Assembly (NCBI RefSeq): GCF_006345805.1
Contig: NC_043014.1
Location: 25,544,001 to 25,608,000, forward strand
Direction of reading: 5' to 3'
Source: Octopus sinensis
Taxonomy: Eukaryota
Length of the DNA stretch: 64,000 nucleotides
The position numbers and the translations under genes were made by a program. The stretch's first letter is position 1. Each line of letters begins with the position of its first letter. This document shows, one piece after another, positions 13,320 to 25,250 of the stretch. A model generated the notes under the pieces. The model did no database searches, was not told where the DNA came from, and saw only the letters and a program-made list of their open reading frames with translations.

Positions 13320-13890
13320 ATAATGAGTGAAAAAACTGAAGTTAGAGCCATATGACACTACCTGAAGGAAAAAGACTGAGTGTAAGGGCAGCAACAAAAG
13401 AAAGGTCCAGGAACCATCAACAAACATGTGGTACAAAACTGGTTCAGACATTTTAAAGAAGGTGACACTAGGCTCAAAGACAAACCAAGGCCAGAGAGAC
13501 CTGTTGTGGAAGATGAGGCCTTGCTTGAAATGGTTGAACAACAACCAAGCACAAGTAATCGTATACTGCCAGCAGAACTTGGTCCTTCACTAAGTACCAT
13601 CAATTGACACCTCCATAAGCTCAGCCCTGTAAACAGATACTGTTGAGAAGCTTCTCATGAGCTGACCAATGATCAGGCTCAATGATATGTGAACATATGC
13701 AAACAACTACTGGCAAATCTTTGAGATGCCCATTTTTGGCATTGAATTGTAACTGGGGATGAAAAATGAATTTATTTTTGCAATCCTAATATGAGAAATC
13801 AGTAGCTTTATTCCAGACAGGCTTCAGAAGCTGTTGTCAAAAAAAGGGTGGTTTGAAAAGAAGGTCATGTGTGTTTAGGGGAATTTTTAA
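13320..13890 (+). mobile_element. Mariner transposase fragment (N-terminal half, no TIRs seen)
   Basis: QNWFRHFKEGDTRLKDKPRP and IVTGDEK remnants with stops. Confidence 0.75.
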
Positions 13891-14099
13891 AAATCCAGAT
13901 ATCAACCGGTGTTATCAAATATATTAAAAGAAAGTTCCACGATATATATGGATAAACTGTCCAATAATGTGTAAAGTTAATAAAAGAAAATGGAGAAGAA
14001 ATATAGTGGATACTTGGTTAATATTATTTGTATCGCAACATAAAAAAATAATACATATATGATTTAAGATGTAACTGAAGTGAATCAACAAAAGAAATA

Positions 14100-14900
14100 A
14101 ACATAAAAGAATCCTACATATGTTTCAATCAGGCCATTAGGTTTCGATCATCACCATTCAAGCGATGTTAGATATAAAATAACTCCACATCATATCAGGA
14201 TTAATAGGGATCAGATTTTCTATAACCAAAAACTTATTTAGGCATATATCACCTTCTAATAATGTTAAACTTGATGCGTATTTACACAAATAGAAACAAT
14301 CACCCTCCAACTAGGAACACAAATAATATCCTAATAACCAAAAATGACACAAATATTATACCTAGACTACACAAGAGCAGTAATACAAACACAACTAACA
14401 CATATAATAATGATATAAATGATTTATGTGACTGTCGAGTTAAGGCAAATTGTAAATTTAACAATTACTGTAAAAACATAGTATACCAGGCTACAAGTTG
14501 AAGCCGAAGGTAAATATTTCTATTATGTTGGAGCCACATCATGTTATGTGAAATTTCATATCACTAACCATAAAACATTTTAAAAATACTAATAAAAGAA
14601 ATAGCACAGGCCTTAGTACATTTATCTGGAAACTTAAAAATGGTAATACAACTTATAAAATTAGAAAGTTCTAAATAATGCTCTACCCTACAAACCACCA
14701 GCCAAGACATGCTCGTTCTGCCTACATAACATGTATCACATCCTATTCTCTAAGCACAATTAAATGATAAATCCCAAAAAATTTACCAGTGTTTACATGC
14801 ACATGAATATACTTTTTCTAAATTTATATAATTGTTTTCCACTACATATTATTTCACTAAATTATAACAACATATAATGCATTGAATATAATTACATACT
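14100..14900 (+). mobile_element. Penelope-like element 3' fragment (GIY-YIG remnant) with an inverted degenerate HHR-like motif at its 5' end
   Basis: CDCRVKANCKFNNYCKNIVYQAT, YYVGAT, NSTGLSTFIWKLK. Minus strand near 14108-14155 reads ...TGATGA...GAAACATATGTAGGATT. Confidence 0.75.
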
Positions 14901-14906
14901 ATATTA

Positions 14907-15190
14907 TCTATATATATATATAAAGATGAGAATGTGTGTCTATCTGTCTGTGTGTGTCCTTAAAACTTGAGAACTACACAACGAATTTCATTTAAATTTT
15001 ATATATGCCTTACTTAGGGTCATAGGCCCCAAAAATTTTTAACTTCTTGCCTAGTGTGAGCCCAGAGCAATATCATATCTTCTCCACTATTTCAGTATTA
15101 TGTGTCAAAAGTGAAACAATAGCGTCTCTCTTTTCACTTTAATAGTTTCACTTTAATACTGAAACTATTAAAGTGAAGCTATTATCTCAC
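14907..15190 (+). mobile_element. Helitron-like non-autonomous 5' fragment (same family as 62160-62420)
   Basis: A|TCTATATATATATAAA start followed by a TGTGTGTCTATCTGT tract; clear similarity to 62160-62420. Confidence 0.5.
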
Positions 15191-15228
15191 ATATATACAG
15201 GCATACATACATATATACATATATATAA

Positions 15229-17306
15229 TATAAGCAGTGACGTCAAAAATGGTTGGATGTAGAAGATTCTAGAAAGTTCAAGGGTTCAAACAAGGTTGGA
15301 AGAGAGAGATCTAAGAATAGGAAGGTGACAGGGTGCAAGTCATATGAATGGTGATTTGTTGTTGTTTGCTTTTGTGATTGAGTGCCTATGTGTGTGTATG
15401 TATATAACTGCATTCGTGTCTATGTGTGTGTATGTGTGTGCATGATTGTGTGTGTAGTTGGGTAGATGCCAAAAAACTATATCCACAAAAAACTATATCT
15501 GGTTTGTCATACCTTTCGGGAAACAAATCAGGTCAAACCTTCCTTTACAGTTCCGTGAAGCCGTAGCTAGGAACCTTCCCAGGAATTCTAGGTATTACTC
15601 TACTATCAATTCGCATAAGGTAAGGATTGCATTCTCCAACACTAGAAATCTATCGCAGATCATTGCCTCCCATAATAACAAGCTGCTAAATAAGGATTCA
15701 TCACCCGGGTGTTACGACACTGCCCTTACCAATTCCAACCAAACATACAATAATAATAATAATAGAAATAGTATTGATAATAGCAACATTCATAGCAGCG
15801 TTGGCATTAACAATAGTAATATTAATAATAATATTAGTCGGATTATTAACAGTGGTAGTGTTAGTGGTAGTAACGACAGCATTTCTAATAACAGTGGTAG
15901 TATTGATGATAACAACCCCAGCATTCCTATAGTCAGGGAAATTGCCGACGATAGTACAATTAATAGTAATGATGATAATAATAGGAATAGTATTGTGGTC
16001 AATGCTAGCAATAATATTAACAGCAATCATAACAATAAAAACTCTGTCTTAGTCTCGGAGGTAAACCCTAACAGATTAAAGTTCTTATCCAGCAATTCCA
16101 AAATTAGAAATTCTATTTACCAGTGTAAAATTTCTTCCGGTACCGATGTCTTCTTCTACATTGGGGCAACTACTTCTAAATTAGCCCAGAGGATCTCCAA
16201 TCATTATTCAACTTTCCAAGATAAGAGAAAACAACAAAGCACAGGACTAAGTAAATTAGTCTTAAGGACAGCAATATAACTTTCAAGCTGGAATGGTCCA
16301 TATTGTCTGTATCCTTTCCGTTTGATAAGGGCAGAAAATTTTGTGGCGTCTGTAATTCCAAACTTTTCCATATATTGTTCGCCAAATTCCCTTTAGTAAA
16401 TACAATGGTTGAAAAATCCTATAGGTGCATGCACTGGCAGAAACACACCTTTCACTCATATGAATGATGATTAATATAGATAACCTCCTTGAATTTTAAT
16501 AATTTGGTTCCATTTATACATCACCCCCATAGACAAATTTTTATACTCATAAAGGACTACTGCCAAATTCGTTGAGGTATGTTTTACCTTTGTCTCTCTA
16601 CCTCGCCCTCCTCTCTCTCTTTCCCTCTATCGTAAGCACAATCAAACACACAGACACAAACCTGTCACTTCACCACTGTTTGTTTTTGGCATCTACCCAA
16701 CCACACACACAATCATGCACACACATACACACACATAGACACAAATGCAGTTATATACATACACACACATAGGCACTCAATCACAAAAGCAAACAATAAC
16801 AAATCACCATTCATATGACTTGCACCCTGTCACCTTCCTATTCTTAGATCTCTCTCTTCCAACCTTGTCTGAACCCTTGAACTTTCTAGAATCTTCTACA
16901 TTCAACCATTTTTGACGTCACTGCTTATAACGGAATATTTTAAAGAAACACTCATTATCGCTATGGACTCCATGTGGGCAGTCATCTAAGAGTTTTTGTT
17001 CATCTTGATGCTGACATAAGTTCCTTGTTTTTCCTGATGAGAAGGAGGCATAATGCACCCCTTATTCCTTCGAAATTAGGAATATGCAGCCTTCGAAACA
17101 TATGTCGAGAATAAAGGAATTTTGTTAAATCGTCGTTCAACTCCATTCTTTCATTTATTTGTATTAAAAAACACACAAATTTCCACACGAAAGCACGTGA
17201 TCTCTGCCCTTGGCATGTAGCTTCAACTGTGTTTTTCTGACGTGAATTTGCTACCCAGGTATCGGTTAACCGAATTATCCATACTAAGATAATTCATTCA
17301 ACTACT
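15229..17306 (+). mobile_element. 5'-truncated Penelope-like element (linker + GIY-YIG endonuclease) with an inverted 247-bp terminal copy
   Basis: ORF 15458-16279 has IWFVIPFG, IAFSNTRNLSQIIASHNNKLL, IYQC...FFYIGAT and STGLSK. One frameshift near 16260 continues LKDSNITFKLEW...FCGVC...RCMH to a stop at 16467. 15229-15475 is the reverse complement of 16683-16929. Right boundary approximate. Confidence 0.85.
17021..17119 (+). ncRNA. Type I hammerhead ribozyme motif with intact core
   Basis: Stem I TTCCTT/TTTTC (17021-33) pairs with GAGAA/AAGGAA (17107-19); CTGATGA 17034-40; stem II GAAGG-AG-GCATA / TATGC-AG-CCTTC; GAAA 17095-98; palindromic stem III ACATATGT; GUC cleavage triplet with C at 17106. 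Confidence 0.85.
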
Positions 17307-17503
17307 TATATATATATTATATATATATATTATGTATGTATGTATGTATGTATGTATGTATGTATGTATGTATGTATGTATACATATATGTATATGTATA
17401 GCTGTATATGTATAGATGTATATGTATAGATGTGTATATATAGATGTTCATGTAATATGTACACATATACATGCATACATACACACACACATATATATAC
17501 ATA

Positions 17504-18175
17504 GGTGCAGGTGTGGCTCTGTGGTAAGAAACTTGGTTCCAAAACACATGGTCCTAGGTTCAGTCCCACTGTGTAGCGACTTGGCATGTGTCTTCTGCTA
17601 TAGCCTCAGACTAACCAAAGAATGGATTTCGTAGACAGAAACTGAAAGAAATCAATTGTATATATATGTCATCATCATCATCATCATCGTTTAACGTCCG
17701 TTCTCCATGCTAGCATGGGTTGGACGGTTCGACCGGGGATCTGGGAAGCCAGAAGGCTGCACCAGGCTCCGGTCTTATCTGGCAATGTTTCTACAGCTGG
17801 ATGCCCTTCCTAACGCCAACCACTCCGTGAGTGTAGTGGGTGTTTTTTACGTGCCACCTGCACTGGTGCCAGGCGAGGCTGGCATCGGCCACGGTCGGAT
17901 TGGTGCATTTTACGTGCCACCTGCACGGAAGCCAGTTGAGGCAGCACTGGCTTCGGCCACGATTCGGATGGTGCTTTTTACGTGCCACCGACACGGAAGC
18001 CAGTCGAGGCGGATGTGTATATATATGTAAGTGTATGTGTGTATCTTTGTCTCTGTGTTTCTCCCTCATCACTGCTTCACAACTGCTGTTCGTTTATTTA
18101 CATCCCCATAACTTACTGGTTTGACAAGAAGAAACTAATAGAATAAGTACCAGGCTTATCAAAATAAAAAAAGCA
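17504..18175 (+). mobile_element. tRNA-derived SINE (CORE-like, OR1/OR2-type by inference) interrupted by an RTE tail
   Basis: A-box-like TGGCTCTGTGG, B-box-like GGTTCAGTCCC, CTTGGCATGTGTCTTC core, A-rich 3' end. Confidence 0.7.
17670..18015 (-). mobile_element. 5'-truncated RTE 3' tail insertion
   Basis: (CAT)n plus the shared tail; 13-bp TSD TGTATATATATGT at 17657-17669 and 18016-18028. Confidence 0.8.
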
Positions 18176-18243
18176 CTAGGCAGTGTCTCATATTTTTGTT
18201 TGCCCAGTCAGTTGTATCTATCAATCTGTCTTTGTGTGTGTGC

Positions 18244-18300
<57 letters not shown>

Positions 18301-18339
18301 ACACACACACACACACATATACATGTATGTATATATGCA

Positions 18340-18900
18340 TTTATGTGTGTTCGTGTGTTACTTATATATTCAAAAACTACTGCACCAATCCTAATGAAAT
18401 TTGGAACACAAAATCCAAGTCTAGGGAGAAGGGTAATGCTGTGTGTTTCATACAATTTCATCGACCAAAATTACTGAATGAATCCTTATGATATTTGGAA
18501 CTTACATTCAATGCATAAGGGCAGGTATAATGCAATATGTTTGGTTTGAATTTGCGATGGCTTAAAGGGGGCAGAACTCCCATGGAAATCCATAAATTTT
18601 CAATGTTGATGAAATTTCAACCACTTCTCATGAGGATTCCAAATTTTAGTCATTTTTTTATGATCCCAAACTAGGTCAAAAGTACTGAATGGATCTTTAT
18701 GAAATTTGGAAATTATATTCCATGCATAAGGGTCATAATAACCCCTATGAAAATTCATATATTTTTGATGTTGACGAAATTTTAACCAAAGGCATTAAGA
18801 CACAAATGAAGTAATATTTATAAAATTTCATCTTCTTACATGTTACAAAGACCCCTCTATGGGGACTTAACACCTATAATTTAGTCATTTTATCCAAGCA
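18340..18900 (+). repeat. Helitron-like non-autonomous element with internal tandem repeats
   Basis: AAAACTACTGCACCAATCCTAATGAAATTTGG motif typical of non-autonomous Helitrons; repeated ACTGAATG.ATC..TATGA.ATTTGGAA units. Termini not seen. Confidence 0.4.
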
Positions 18901-19499
18901 AAGATGAATACAGTTGTACTCTTGGAAGCTGTAGGGTCACCCAAGCATAAAAGATGAGCATTATTTGTAATTCAATGGTACAACAGTGTAAGAGTTTGCA
19001 TTGACATTCACTTAGATTGTGATTACTGCAATGTGCTGCATAAATTGCCAAGTAAATGAGAGGCATCTTTGCCTCCATTGATTCAGTTGTAAAGTGTTGA
19101 GTAAAGTTATTTAGTTGCAGACCTCCTTTGTATCTTTTTAATATCACTGGGTCACACATAGTCCCCAGATGGTAACATTGATTTCAAGGCCTTCTCAGGT
19201 GAGTGACTGGTTATTCAAAGACATTTATAGATTGTAAATTTATTCTGTCCAGTTACCTACCAGCTCTAGAGGTGACACTTTCATTTCTCCTTATCCCTCA
19301 CGTCACACACTTGTTAATGTTTATTTCAGTTGGGTCACACCCTTCCAATTGCTATAGATCCATAATGCATCTTACGGCTGTGCCTGTCACCTGTATGGTG
19401 AGGAATCCTACATAGGGTGTGGTAATGACTAGGGTAGGGTAGCTGACTGCTTATTATGATCATTCGTCTTTTGGTTTTCTGTAGCTTTGCTCTCTTTTA

Positions 19500-21150
19500 C
19501 AAACCCAGTGAGTATACATATATTTCCTATTTCAAAGAAATTCAAACAATAGATATAAGACCCAAGTTAAAAAAGATTCTCAACAATTCAACTTCTCTGG
19601 TTGACATAGGTATTCCACTTCATTAGAGAAAATATAACAGAAAAGTCTAATTCTTTAATTGCATGTAACACAGGCAATGCCAGATATCTCTGTTAGTATC
19701 ATATATAGGCATAATCAATTCTGATTGTGAATACACTCTATCCTAATCGCATCTTTAATAAAAAATCTTGTTTTTTAATGTTCAAGTACAATAATTAGTA
19801 TTTATAATACCATCTACATATTATTCAATAACATTTTTTCTTATTAGATACATAATCCTTAATTAACCCATTAATATTAAATTCTTTTTATTATGAACTT
19901 TATAATTTAATCCCAAACTTATCTCATAATAATACAATAATATATAATATCCCCTTCATTGCTACTCCCACTATACTTATACTCCATACATAACACCATA
20001 GCCCCTATTTTTATTTCCATTATTTTAATTAACTCACCAATATTCAATTTTTATTTTAACTCTAAAACTTAATTCCAAACTCTATTATCAATTTATTCTT
20101 AACCCAATGCAATAATATATAATATCCTCTTCTTGGTTAATTGCAATATTTTTTACTCCATCTCAAAATATACACCAAGACTGAAATTATAAATTATATA
20201 TTAGTTCTCTGCAGCATATTCAATAATCCACCACTTATAATTTTCCATATTAAAGATACCCATATAACCCACATTTTAAACCCATGATATTAACATGCTT
20301 ATTATCAAAACAATGATCATATAAACCATATTTAATACCATAATATAAGTATAAATTTAATCCATAGATCTCTCAAATTTTAAATAACACTCAAAAACTC
20401 TAATACCAACTTATCCCAACTTTATACAATAATCTATATTTATTTATTTATTTCATTGTTAAATGGAATATAGATATATTCCATTTTTATACACTTACAA
20501 CCATTATAATTACCCTTTTGTTTTCAGTAATTTACTTAATAACCCTCTATTCATATTTTTTCCACATAACCCCTATTTTTTAAAAATCTGTTTTTCTCTC
20601 TATACGCTTACTTATTTTTTTCACATAAATATTTAAATTCATCTCCGAAGTATGTAAACAACTTTTCTATGAATAATAGAATGTATACATTAGTATATTG
20701 AAATGTTAAATGATTAATAGTTATTTTAGTATATATTGAATTATATCTCTCTTTTATTGCCTAGATCATTTATGTTTATTTTTTCCCTCTCACAATTTGT
20801 CTTCAATACCCTTAACAGCCCATATTATAATTAAATGACTACTTTATGTCCCTTAACACTTATAAATCTATTTTTCAAATACATTATAGTATTTCAGCAA
20901 GATTTCATTAGATAATATCACCCCACACAAACTTAGCGCCCAAATAAATTATTAGGTTATGTTATTTGAATATTTGAAAATACGGTCCTCATCTGATGAT
21001 GAGTGAAACTTAATGGTCAGATTGAAACATGTAGGATTTTTTAATGTTTATTTCTTTTGTTGATTCGCTTCATTTACATCTTAAATCTTGTATGTATTAC
21101 ATTTTTTCATCATGATACAAATAAAATTAACCAAGTATCCATTATATTTC
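19500..21150 (-). mobile_element. Highly degenerate AT-rich Penelope-like element
   Basis: Minus-strand VGVAMKG (~19950-19975) and YVDGI (~19807-19821) are spaced like PLE RT GxAMG and YVDD. Plus-strand HHR-like CTGATGA...GAAACATGTAGGA at 20993-21036. Confidence 0.55.
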
Positions 21151-21732
21151 TTCTCTATTTTCTTTTATCAACTTTATATATATATATATATGCATGTGTG
21201 TTTGGTAACTGCATTTAAATCATAGTGCAAATGCAACAAAATTTACTAAGCATATCTATAATGTCAGACAAAATTCACAGCGAGTGTGTACTGAGCAGTT
21301 TTTGGTGTTTTACACCAAAAAAAGAACAGTCAAACCACTCTTTACAGCTATATATACATGTATTTGATATTGAGGAAAATACTAACAATATCTACAGTAA
21401 TCGTTCAGTTTTGAGGGAAATACTTCACTATAATAATTACAGTAGAATGGCATTTTCCAGGCACAACTATGTATTCTCACATTTTTGGCAATGCCATCAT
21501 AACCACAACATCAAACAGCCACCACCAATAAAACACATTGGGCCAATAAAGTAGCATTTATAGGGTTATTCAACAGGCTAAAAATAGTATCCAATTCCTT
21601 TTTGCCTTGAAAAAGGGATACATTTCATAATATATCACATTTCAATATATCACATCACAAAACAAGACGAGATAGTTACAGTTAAAACGCCTTTGAACAG
21701 GACATAACAATGACATCAACAATATAACTTAC

Positions 21733-21827
21733 TTAACTTGATTTGGGTCTTCTCCAAACAGCAATGTCGCAAATCGGTTCTGTTGACCTAATGGGATGAC
21801 ACCAACAGGTACTGCTTGACAGAATTT
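21733..21827 (-). CDS. AGK: Acylglycerol kinase, internal exon (95 nt, phase 0 to phase 2)
   Basis: Acceptor TTTTGGTTTCAG|, donor |GTAAGT. KFCQAVPVGVIPLGQQNRFATLLFGEDPNQV(K) aligns with TFSKIPIGFIPLGETSSLSHTLF. Confidence 0.9.
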
Positions 21828-22554
21828 CTGAAACCAAAATATAAATATCAGTTCTTCCCCCAATCTCAATTCACTTGTGAACATATTTGAAACTGATTAC
21901 TTGGGAACAAATTCATTTGTTTTGATTATATGGTGGGAAGGGGTGAGAGGTATAATTGACTGCTTATATTTCACTGCCCTCCTCAATTCACTTGTACTAA
22001 GGGATAAATAGTAAAGATCACTATGACAAAGGAAACACGTTACTCACAATGTAGGCATTTAAAACTGTATCAGTAAAACATTCGATACAAAACATTATCA
22101 TCTAGTTCAGATCCTATTGAGGTAAATTTTGCCTTGCATCCTTTTAAAGCTGATTCTTCTTCCTCACTTTCTCTTTGAGGTTGCAGGCCCAACAAAAAAA
22201 GTAAGTGTGTGTGTTTCTATGTGTATACATGTGTGCACGTACACTCACACATTAGTAAGTAGACAAATAAAAGAAAGTGGTACTCAATACACCTGGCAGA
22301 AGTTAAATATAGTATTCAAGAAAAGTTTTAACTTTTGTAGGCTTCAAGCATTCGAAAATACAATCTGATATCACTTGCAAGCCAACAATAACTGATCCAA
22401 ATCCAAGGGAAGCCTAACATCTAGAAGCCATTTTGAATTTATCTCATTTCCTGCTACTTCATCTCCAAATACCTGATGAGTTAGGTTCATTCTATGAAAC
22501 TATAAAACTAAGTTACATAGAGCCATGTCAAACTGTTATTAAATAGTATCTATA

Positions 22555-23757
22555 TTGGGTCCTCCCATAAATAATGTGGCTTTATCAAATGCATGAACTA
22601 AAAGTTGGAAAAGGGGACAGTATAAACTATCTGCATCAACTTGCTATAAAAGCAAGAGTGCAGTTCAATTTTAACAGTTATTTTTCAAAGCTATAATGGA
22701 AGTGGCAAAGGAACATATTTGGCATATTTTGCTTTATGAGTTCAATAAAGGCAACAATGCAATGGAAAGTGCAAGGAATATTAATGCAGTATATGGGGAT
22801 CAGACAATAAGCCAGTGTCAATGGTAGTTCCAGAAATTCTGAACCGGAAACTACAGCCTAGAAAACGATTCTCAACCTGGAAGATCTTCAGAGCTCAATG
22901 AGGACATCCTGCAAACCCTAGTGGAACAAAATCCCATTGTAACTGTTGAAGAACTAGCAGAAAAACTTGAATTTAGTCATTCAACCATTCATTGACACCT
23001 GTGTGCCATCGGAAAAGTCAGCAAATCAGGTCAATGGGTTCCTCACAAACTTTCCGAGTTCAATTGTGTGCAATCATCTTCTTTCCTGTCACATCTCACA
23101 AATGAACCTTTCTTGAACCAAATAGTGACTGATAACAAGAAATGGGTTCTTCATAAAAGTGTCAAGGGCCAAAGATAGTGGATAGGGAAAGGTGAAACAC
23201 CGGCACCCCAGGCTAAAGAAGGTCTTCACTCATGTAAGGTGGTGGGATATGAAAGGTTTAGCCCACTTGGAACTTTTAAATCCAAAACAAATGATAAAGG
23301 AGATCTACTGTGAACAGGTTGAGCAGCTTAAGTCAGCACTAGAAGGAAAATGACCATCTTTGGTTTCAAGACAAAAGGTGTTCTTCCATCAGGATAATGC
23401 TTGGCCACATACAGCAATGATGACATTCTAAAGGCTGGAGCAGCTTGAATAGGAAATTATGACACACCCACCATATTCACTGGTCATTGCTCCAACTGAT
23501 TATCATTTATTCCATAGTCTTCAAAATCATTTGGACAGAAAAAATATGAATTCTGTAGATGAAGTCAGAACAATATGGAGGAGTATTTTTCATCACAAAC
23601 AAGTGAATTTTGGAAGAGGGCCTTGCAAAATTATCAGATAGAGGGAAGAGCATTGTAGAAAATGAAGAGTATATTTTAGATTATAAAAGAACCTCGTTTA
23701 TCTTAATTTTGAAAAATAGAAGAAGTATAAAAAAACCACTATTTATGGATGACCCAA
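22555..23757 (+). mobile_element. Degenerate full-length mariner (Mos1-like) element
   Basis: TIRs TTGGGTCCTCCCATAAATA / TATTTATGGATGACCCAA, TA duplications at 22553-54 and 23758-59. HIWHILLYEFNKG and HPPYSLVIAPTDYHLF remnants. Confidence 0.9.
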
Positions 23758-24864
23758 TATATACCACCAACTGCTATATTCCATCCTTAACACCTCTTAT
23801 CTGCTATCACTCCCAATACCTTCACATATCTAACAACTCCAACCTCAGCCACTCCTATATCTCTCACCATCAATTCTTAGTCATCTCTACCTCATCGTTA
23901 ACCGTTCTTATGAAATTTCATTCAGTCCTCCCTGCCCACTCACCCAGTCAGTCCTATGTATCACTTCCCCTATTTTCACTCCCCACAGTACTTTGAAGGT
24001 ATGTCTTGACACACATCCACTCTCTCCATCTCTAATATTCTTTTAAATTCTCATCAACTGGCACAAAGCCACCTGCCTCACTACTACAACCCACCAATCA
24101 AGGGGACTTTGTTTTGAAAGTTACTTGGTGATCCTGCTGGTGCTGGTACCATGAAAAAAACACCCAGTACACTCTGTAAAGTGGTTAGCATTAGAATGGG
24201 CATCCAGCCATAGAAACCATGCCCACCCAGACAATAGAACTTGCCAACTCTTGTCAAACTATCCGAAACATGCCAGCATGGAGAACAGATGTTAAAAGAA
24301 TGGTGACATATATATGAAAGATGATATAAAATGGTTGCATGCTTATGAAACTTACTTCTCAACAACATGATTCTAGGTTCAATTCCAGCATGTAACTTGG
24401 GCAAGTGTCTTCTACAAGAGCATTGGTTTGACCAATACTGTTTGAGTAGATTTGGAAGATGAGGACTGTTTTGTGTGTGTGTGTACTGGATTTACGGAAT
24501 ATCTTGTCCCTTTCCCACATCTCCATTTTGCTTTCAACTTAATTGTAATGCTTTATGTGCTTGTTTGTTTGATGTGTAGATGCCCATCCATTCAATTTTC
24601 TGATCCTTCTCTTTCATTCATCTTACTTCTTCAGTTTTTCACTCTCATGGCTTAGCCATCCTTCTTATCATCCTAAGTTTTTACTTGTTTCCTAACTTTT
24701 AGATAAAGGGCTAGAGGGATAGAACATTATATTCTCTAATCCTCACTGCAAATAAACTTACCAGACTTTGAGTGGTTTTGCTAACATAGTCCATTATAAG
24801 TTTCTTTGATTCCAAATTTTAGCCTATTATATTTTTAGACCCTCATAATCAATTGATATTTTAA

Positions 24865-25250
24865 CCAATCTTTTATCTTTTAGTGGCCATGCTAGGGCAC
24901 TACCCTGGAGAATTTTAGTTGAACAAATCAACCCCAGTACTTAATTTTTTTAAAGCCTAGTACTTATTCTATCAGTCTCATTTGCTGAGCTGCTAACTTA
25001 TGGAGATGTAAACACATCAGTACTGGTTGTCAAGCAGTGGTGGGGGACAAAGACAGACACAAAGATCCACACACTTATATATGTGTATATAAATATATAT
25101 CAAATAGGCTTCTGTCTATCAAATCCACTCACAAGCTTTTGGTCAGCCTAAGGCTATAGTGGAAGACACTTGACCAAGATGTCATGCAGTGGGACTGAAC
25201 CCAAAGCCAAGTGGCTGGGAAGCAAACTTCTTACTACACAGCCACAAATA
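24865..25250 (-). mobile_element. tRNA-derived SINE (same family as 17504 and 56530)
   Basis: Reverse complement starts GGCTGTGTAGTAAGAAGTTTGCTTCCCAGCC...GGGTTCAGTCCC...CTTGGTCAAGTGTCTTC. Confidence 0.7.

Noticed and set aside
19500-21150. NUMT (mitochondrial insertion) suggested by extreme AT content
   Set aside because: No recognisable mitochondrial protein, rRNA or tRNA; PLE RT-like motifs are present on the minus strand.
22473-22500. Hammerhead at CTGATGA...GAAAC
   Set aside because: Stem II is poor and no NUH plus stem I partner is in register.
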